From contig OZ024744.1 in assembly GCA_964016885.1 (NCBI GenBank), forward strand, positions 135,594,001 through 135,658,000: a stretch of DNA of 64,000 nt, in the 5' to 3' direction. The notes below the pieces were generated by a model. The model was not told the DNA's origin. It worked only from the letters and a program-made list of their open reading frames with translations, and made no database searches. Position numbers and translations under genes: made by a program. Of this stretch, positions 56,501 through 64,000 are shown piece after piece. This DNA is from Eledone cirrhosa (taxonomy: Eukaryota). Numbering within the stretch: the first letter of the stretch is position 1; the number at the start of each line of letters is the position of its first letter.

Positions 56501-59500
56501 CCCTGTCTATGTCATTAACCCTTACATTACCATATAACTAATCAAAAACACTATGTCATTAACCCTTTCATTACCATATTTCTAATCAAAAACACTATGT
56601 CATTAACCCTTTCATTACCATATTTCTAATGAAAGACACTGTCTATGTCATTAACCCTTTCATTACCATATTTCTAATCAAAAACACTATGTCATTAACA
56701 CTTTCATTACCATATTTCTAACGAAAGACACTGTTTATGTCATTAGCCCTTTCATTTACCATATTTCTAATGAAAGACAGTGTCTATGTCATTAACACTT
56801 TCATTACCATATTTCTAATGAAAGACACTGTCTATGACATTAACCCTTTCATTACCATATTTCTAATGTAACCATTCCATTACCATATTTAACCATTCCA
56901 TAACCATATTTCTAATGAAAGACACTGTCTAAGTCATTAACCCTTTCATTACCACATTTCTAATCAAAAACACTATGTCATTAACCCTTTCATTAACATA
57001 TTTCTAACGAAAGACACTGTTTATGTCATTAGCCCTTTCATTAGCATATTTCTAATGAAAGACACTATTTATGTCATTAACCCTTTCATTACTATATTTC
57101 TGATGAAAGACACTGTCTATGTCATTAACCCTTTCATTACCATATTCTAATGTAACCATTCCATTACCATATTTAACGATTCCATTACCATATTTCTAAT
57201 GAAAGACACTATTTATGTCATTAACCCTTTCATTACTATATTTCTAATGAAAAACACTATGTCATTAACCCTTACATTACCATATTTCTAATGAAAGACA
57301 CTGTCTATGTCATTATCCGTTTCATTACCATATTTCTAATCAAAAACACTATGTCATTAACCCTTTCATTACAATATTTCTAACGAAAGACACTGTTTAT
57401 GTCATTAGCCCTTTCATTACCATATTCTAATGAAAGACACTGTCTATGTCATTAACCCTTTCACTACCATATTTCTAATGATAGATAGTCTATGTCTTTA
57501 ACCCTTTCATTACCATATTTCTAATGAAAGACACTATGTCATTAACCCTTTCATTTACCATATTTCTGATGAAAGACACTGTCTATGTCATTAACCCTTT
57601 CATTACCATATTCTAATGTAACCATTCCATTACCATATTTAACCATTCCATTACCATATTTCTAATGAAAGACACTGTCCATGTCATTAACCCTTTCATT
57701 AACATATTTCTAATGAAAGACCCTGTCTATGTCATTAATCCTTACATTACCATATTTCTAATGAAAGACCCTGTCTATGTCATTAACCCTTACATTACCA
57801 TATATCTAATCAAAAACAATATGTCATTAACCCTTTCATTACCATATTTCTAATCAAAAACACTATGTCATTAACCCTTTCATTACCATATTTCTAATGA
57901 AAGACACTGTCTATGTCATTAACCCTTTCATTACCATATTTCTAATCAAAAACACTATGTCATTAATCCTTTCATTACCATATTTCTAACGAAAGACACT
58001 GTTTATGTCATTAGCCCTTTCATTTACCATATTTCTAATGAAAGACAGTGTCTATGTCATTAACACTTTCATTACCATATTTCTAATGAAAGACACTGTC
58101 TATGACATTAACCCTTTCATTACCATATTTCTAATGTAACCATTCCATTACCATATTTAACCATTCCATAACCATATTTCTAATGAAAGACACTGTCTAA
58201 GTCATTAACCCTTTCATTACCATATTTCTAATCAAAAACACTATGTCATTAACCCTTTCATTAACATATTTCTAACGAAAGACACTGTTTATGTTATTAG
58301 CCCTTTCATTAGCATATTTCTAATGAAAGACAATATTTATGTTATTAACCCTTTCATTACTATATTTCTAATGAAAAACACTATGTCATTAACCCTTACA
58401 TTACCATATTTCTAATGAAAGACACTGTCTATGTCATTAACCCTTTCATTACCATATTTCTAATGAAAAACACTATGTCATTAACCTTTCATTACCATAT
58501 ATCTAATGAAAGACACTGTTTATGTCATTAACCCTTTCATTACCATATTTCTAATGAAAGACACTATGTCATTAACCCTTTCATTACCATATATCTAATG
58601 AAAGACACAGTCTATGTCATTAACCCTTTTATTACCATATTTGTAATGAAAGAGACTGCCTATGTCATTAACCCTTTCATTACCATATTTCTAATGAAAG
58701 ACACTGTTTATGTCATTAACCCTTTCATTACCATATTTCTAATGAAAGACACTGTCTATGTCATTAAACCTTTCATTACCATATTTCTAATGAAAGACCC
58801 TGTCTATGTCATTAACCCTTTCACTACCATATTTCTAATGAAAGACACTGTCTATGTCATTAACCCTTTCATTACCATATTTCAAATGAAAGACACTGTC
58901 TATGTCATTATCCGTTTCATTACCATATTTCTAATCAAAAACACTATGTCATTAACCCTTTCATTACTATATTTCTAATGAAAGACACCGTCTATGCCAT
59001 TAACCCTTTCATTACCATATTTCTAATGTAACCATTCCATTACCATATTTAACCATTCCATTACCATATTTCTAATGAAAGACACTGTCTATGTCATTAA
59101 CACTTTCATTACCATATTTCTAATGAAAGACAATATGTCATTAACCCTTTCATTACCATATATCTAATGAAAGACACTGTCTATGTCATTAACCCTTTTA
59201 TTACCATATTTGTAATGAAAGAGACTGCCTATGTCATTAACCCTTTCATTACCATATTTCTAATGAAAGACACTGTTTATGTCATTAACCCTTTCATTAC
59301 CATATTTCTAATGAAAGACACTGTCTATGTCATTAAACCTTTCATTACCATATTTCTAATGAAAGACCCTGTCTATGTCATTAACCCTTTCACTACCATA
59401 TTTCTAATGAAAGACACTGTCTATGTCATTAACCCTTTCATTACCATATTTCTAATGAAAGACACTGTCTATGTCATTATCCGTTTCATTACCATATTTC

Positions 59501-62500
59501 TAATCAAAAACACTATGTCATTAACCCTTTCATTACCATATTTCTAACGAAAGACACTGTTTATGTCATTAGCCCTTTCATTACCATATTCTAATGAAAG
59601 ACACTGTCTATGTCATTAACCCTTTCACTACCATATTTCTAATGAAAGATAGTCTATGTCTTTAACCCTTTCATTACCATATTTCTAATCAAAAACACTA
59701 TGTCATTAACCCTTTCATTACCATATTTCTAATGAAAGACACTGTCTATGTCATTAACCCTTTCATTACCATATTTCTAATCAAAAACACTATGTCATTA
59801 ACCCTTTCATTACCATATTATATAACGAAAGACACTGTTTATGTCATTAGCCCTTTCATTTACCATATTTCTAATGAAAGACAGTGTCTATGTCATTAAC
59901 CCTTTCATTACCACATTTCTAACGAAAGACACTGTTTATGTCATTAGCCCTTTCATTACCATGTTCTAATGAAAAACACTATGTCATTAACCTTTTCATT
60001 ACCATATTTCTAATGAAAGACTGTCTAAGTCATTAACCCTTTCATTACCATATTTGTAATGAAAGACCCTGTCTATGTCATTAACCCTTACATTACCATA
60101 TATCTAATCAAAAACACTATGTCATTAACCCTTTCATTTACCATATTTCTGATGAAAGACACTGTCTATGTCATTAACCCTTTCATTACCATATTCTAAT
60201 GTAACCATTCCATTACCATATGTAACCATTCCATTACCATATTTCTAATGAAAGACACTGTCGATGTCATTAACCCTTTCATTAACATATATCTAATGAA
60301 AGACCCTGTCTATGTCATTAATCCTTACATTACCATATTTCTAATGAAAGACCCTGTCTATGTCATTAACCCTTTCACTACCATATTTCTAATCAAAAAC
60401 ACTATGTCATTAACCCTTTCATTACCATATTTCTAATGAAAGACACTGTCTATGTCATTAACCCTTTCATTACCATATTTCTAATCAAAGACACTATGTC
60501 ATTAACACTTTCATTACCATATTTCTAACGAAAGACACTGTTTATGTCATTAGCCCTTTCATTTACCATATTTCTAATGAAAGACAGTGTCTATGTCATT
60601 AACACTTTCATTACCATATTTCTAATGAAAGACACTGTCTATGTCATTAACCCTTTCATTACCATATTTCTAATCAAAAACACTATGTCATTAACCCTTT
60701 CATTAACATATTTCTAACGAAAGACACTGTTTATGTCATTAGCCTTTTCATTAGCATATTTCTAATGAAGGACACTGTTTATGTCATTAACCCTTTCATT
60801 ACTATATTTCTAATGAAAAACACTATGTCATTAACCCTTACATTACCATATTTCTAATGAAAGACACTGTCTATGTCATTAACCCTTTCATTACCATATT
60901 TCTAATGAAAAACACTATGTCATTAACCCTTTCATTACCATATATCTAATGAAAGACACTGTTTATGTCATTAACCCTTTCATTCCCATATTTCTAATGA
61001 AAGACACTGTCTATGTCCACCCTTTCATTACCATATTTCTAATGAAAGACACTGTCTATGTCATTAACCCTTTCATTACCATATATCTAATGAAAGACTG
61101 TCTAAGTCATTAACCCTTTCATTACCATATTTCTAATGAAAGACACTGTCTATGTCATTAACCCTTTCATTACCATATTTGTAATGAAAGACTGTCTAAG
61201 TCATTAACCCTTTCATTACCATATTTCTAATGAAAGACACTATGTCATTAACTCTTTCATTACCATATAGCTAATGAAAGACACTGTTTATGTCATTAAC
61301 CCTTTCATTACCATATTTCTAATGAAAGACACTGTCTATGTCAACCCTTTCATTACCATATTTCTAATGAAAGACACTGTCTATGTCGTTAACCCTTTCA
61401 TTACCATATTTCTAATGAAAGACTCTATGTCATTAACCCTTTCATTACCATATATCTAATGAAAGACACTGTCTATGTCATTAACCCTTTCATTACCATA
61501 TTTGTAATGAAAGAGACTGCCTATGTCACTAACCCTTTCATTACCATATTTCTAATGAAAGACACTGTCTATGTCATTAACCCTTTCATTGCCATATTTC
61601 TAATGAAAGACACTATGTCATTAAACCTTTCATTAACATATATCTAATGAAAGACTGTCTAAGTCATTAACCCTTTCATTACCATATTTCTAATGAAAGA
61701 CACTGTCTATGTCATTAACCCTTTCATTACCATATTTGTAATGAAAGACTGTCTAAGTCATTAACCCTTTCATTACCACATTTCTAACGAAAGAAACTGT
61801 TTATGTCATTAGCCCTTTCATTACCATGTTCTAATGAAAAACACTATGTCATTAACCCTTTCATTACCATATTTCTAATGAAAGACACTGTCTATGCCAT
61901 TAACCCTTTCATTACCATATTTCTAATGAAAGACACTGTCTATGCCATTAACCCTTTCATTACCATATTTCTAATGTAACCATTCCATTACCATATTTAA
62001 CCATTCCATTACCATATTTCTAATGAAAGACACTGTCTATGTCATTAACACTTTCATTACCATATTTCTAATGAAAGACACTATGTCATTAACCCTTTCA
62101 TTACCATATATCTAATGAAAGACACTGTCTATGTCATTAACCCTTTTATTACAATATTTGTAATGAAAGAGACTGCCTATGTCATTAACCCTTTCATTAC
62201 CATATTTCTAATGAAAGACACTGTCTATGACATTAACCCTTTCATTACCATATTTCTAATGTAACCATTCCATTACCATATTTAACCATTCCATAACCAT
62301 ATTTCTAATGAAAGACACTGTCTAAGTCATTAACCCTTTCATTACCACATTTCTAATCAAAAACACTATGTCATTAACCCTTTCATTAACATATTTCTAA
62401 CGAAAGACACTGTTTATGTCATTAGCCCTTTCATTAGCATATTTCTAATGAAAGACACTATTTATGTCATTAACCCTTTCATTACTATATTTCTAATGAA

Positions 62501-62771
62501 AAACACTATGTCATTAACCCTTACGTTACCATATTTCTAATGAAAGACACTGTCTTTGTCATTAACCCTTTCATTACCATATTTCTAATGAAAAACACTA
62601 TGTCATTAACCCTTTCATTACCATATATCTAATGAAAGACACTGTTTATGTCATTAACTCTTTCATTACCATATTTCTAATGAAAGACACTGTCTATGTC
62701 AACCCTTTCATTACCATATTTCTAATGAAAGACACTGTCTATGTCATTAACCCTTTCATTACCATATTTCT
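44250..62771. repeat. 9231-bp near-perfect tandem duplication in array B
   Basis: Eleven ORF pairs share offset 9231 (45246/54477 through 53401/62632). Private SNPs are shared at 47947/57178 (AACGATTCC) and 52039/61270 (ATATAGCTAAT). Confidence 0.93.
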
Positions 62772-64000
62772 AATGAAAGACTCTATGTCATTAACCCTTT
62801 CATTACCATATATCTAATGAAAGACACTGTCTATGTCATTAACCCTTTCATTACCATATTTGTAATGAAAGACTGTCTAAGTCATTAACCCTTTCATTAC
62901 CATATTTCTAATGAAAGACACTATGTCATTAACCCTTTCATTACCATATATCTAATGAAAGACACTGTTTATGTCATTAACCCTTTCATTACCATATTTC
63001 TAATGAAAGACACTGTCTATGTCATTAACCCTTTCATTACCATATATCTAATGAAAGACACTGTCTATGTCATTAACCCTTTCATTACCATATTTGTAAT
63101 GAAAGAGACTGCCTATGTCACTAACCCTTTCATTACCATATTTCTAATGAAAGACACTGTCTATGTCATTAACCCTTTCATTACCATATTTGTAATGAAA
63201 GACTGTCTAAGTCATTAACCCTTTCATTACCACATTTCTAACGAAAGAAACTGTTTATGTCATTAGCACTTTCATTACCATGTTCTAATGAAAAACACTA
63301 TGTCATTAACCCTTTCATTACCATATTTCTAATGAAAGACACTGTCTATGCCATTAACCCTTTCATTACCATATTTCTAATGTAACCATTCCATTACCAT
63401 ATTTAACCATTCCATTACCATATTTCTAATGAAAGACACTGTCTATGTCATTAACACTTTCATTACAATATTTCTAATGAAAGACACTATGTCATTAACC
63501 CTTTCATTACCATATATCTAATGAAAGACACTGTCTATGTCATTAACCCTTTTATTACCATATTTGTAATGAAAGAGACTGCCTATGTCATTAACCCTTT
63601 CATTACCATATTTCTAATGAAAGACACTGTTTATGTCATTAACCCTTTCATTACCATATTTCTAATGAAAGACACTGTCTATGTCATTAAACCTTTCATT
63701 ACCATATTTCTAATGAAAGACCCTGTCTATGTCATTAACCCTTTCACTACCATATTTCTAATGAAAGACACTGTCTATGTCATTAACCCTTTCATTACCA
63801 TATTTCTAATGAAAGACACTGTCTATGTCATTATCCGTTTCATTACCATATTTCTAATCAAAAACACTATGTCATTAACCCTTTCATTACTATATTTCTA
63901 ACGAAAGACACTGTTTATGTCATTAGCCCTTTCATTACCATATTCTAATGAAAGACACTGTCTATGTCATTAACCCTTTCACTACCATATTTCTAATGAA

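Larger units (their letters stand above)
18242..64000. repeat. Satellite array B, 48-bp monomer with 44-49-bp variants, roughly 980 copies, truncated by the window end
   Basis: Head-to-tail TAATGAAAGACACTGTCTATGTCATTAACCCTTTCATTACCATATTTC. Recurrent variants are GACACTATG (44), CAAAAACACTATG (44), GACTGTCTAAG (46), GATAGTCTATGTCTTT (46), GTCAACCC (45), CATTTACC (49) and a TAACCATTCCATTACCATATT dimer. Confidence 0.99.

Noticed and set aside
18879-63901. MKDTVYVINPFITIFL 16-aa repeat ORFs
   Set aside because: These are translations of the 48-bp monomer. They are constantly broken by 44-, 46-, 47- and 49-bp variants, so there is no frame conservation.
1-64000. CRISPR or other guide-RNA array (palindromic repeats with variable segments)
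   Set aside because: There are no unique spacers. The variable parts are point or indel variants of one consensus that recur in duplicated blocks, and there is no cas or other effector gene or leader.
18242-64000. Telomeric repeat (TAACCCT in B monomers; GGGTTAG at ~15885 and ~16536; AAACCCTA at 16845)
   Set aside because: Only isolated 7-8-mers occur, never tandem TTAGGG/TTAGG runs. A subtelomeric origin cannot be supported from this window.

Overview
This window is entirely tandem-repetitive, non-coding DNA, most likely eukaryotic satellite or heterochromatin. I see no credible gene, RNA gene, transposase or CRISPR-Cas locus. There are three abutting blocks. (A) 1-16716 is about 410 copies of a 40/41-bp monomer (CCTAC[ATA|CTGT]CATGGGTTGGACAAGTTATTACAGACTATTGT). 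(I) 16716-18244 is about 3.8 near-identical head-to-tail copies of a ~405-bp complex unit. (B) 18242-64000 is roughly 980 copies of a 48-bp monomer (TAATGAAAGACACTGTCTATGTCATTAACCCTTTCATTACCATATTTC) with 44-49-bp variants. Arrays A and B run off the window ends. All supplied ORFs are translations of these monomers. Four things stand out. Both satellite monomers are stem-loops with a variable interior, and a few monomers carry compensatory or palindrome-perfecting changes. Both arrays show nested higher-order duplications (975, 1220, 4474, 5007 bp in A; 3185/3655/6840, 3687, 9231, 17277 bp in B). The 1.5-kb junction insert is flanked by ATTAC on both sides and carries a templated-insertion-like scar. 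The B monomer contains TTAACCCTTT, which resembles a piggyBac/MITE terminus. Copy numbers and duplication boundaries are estimated by eye and from ORF-track offsets.
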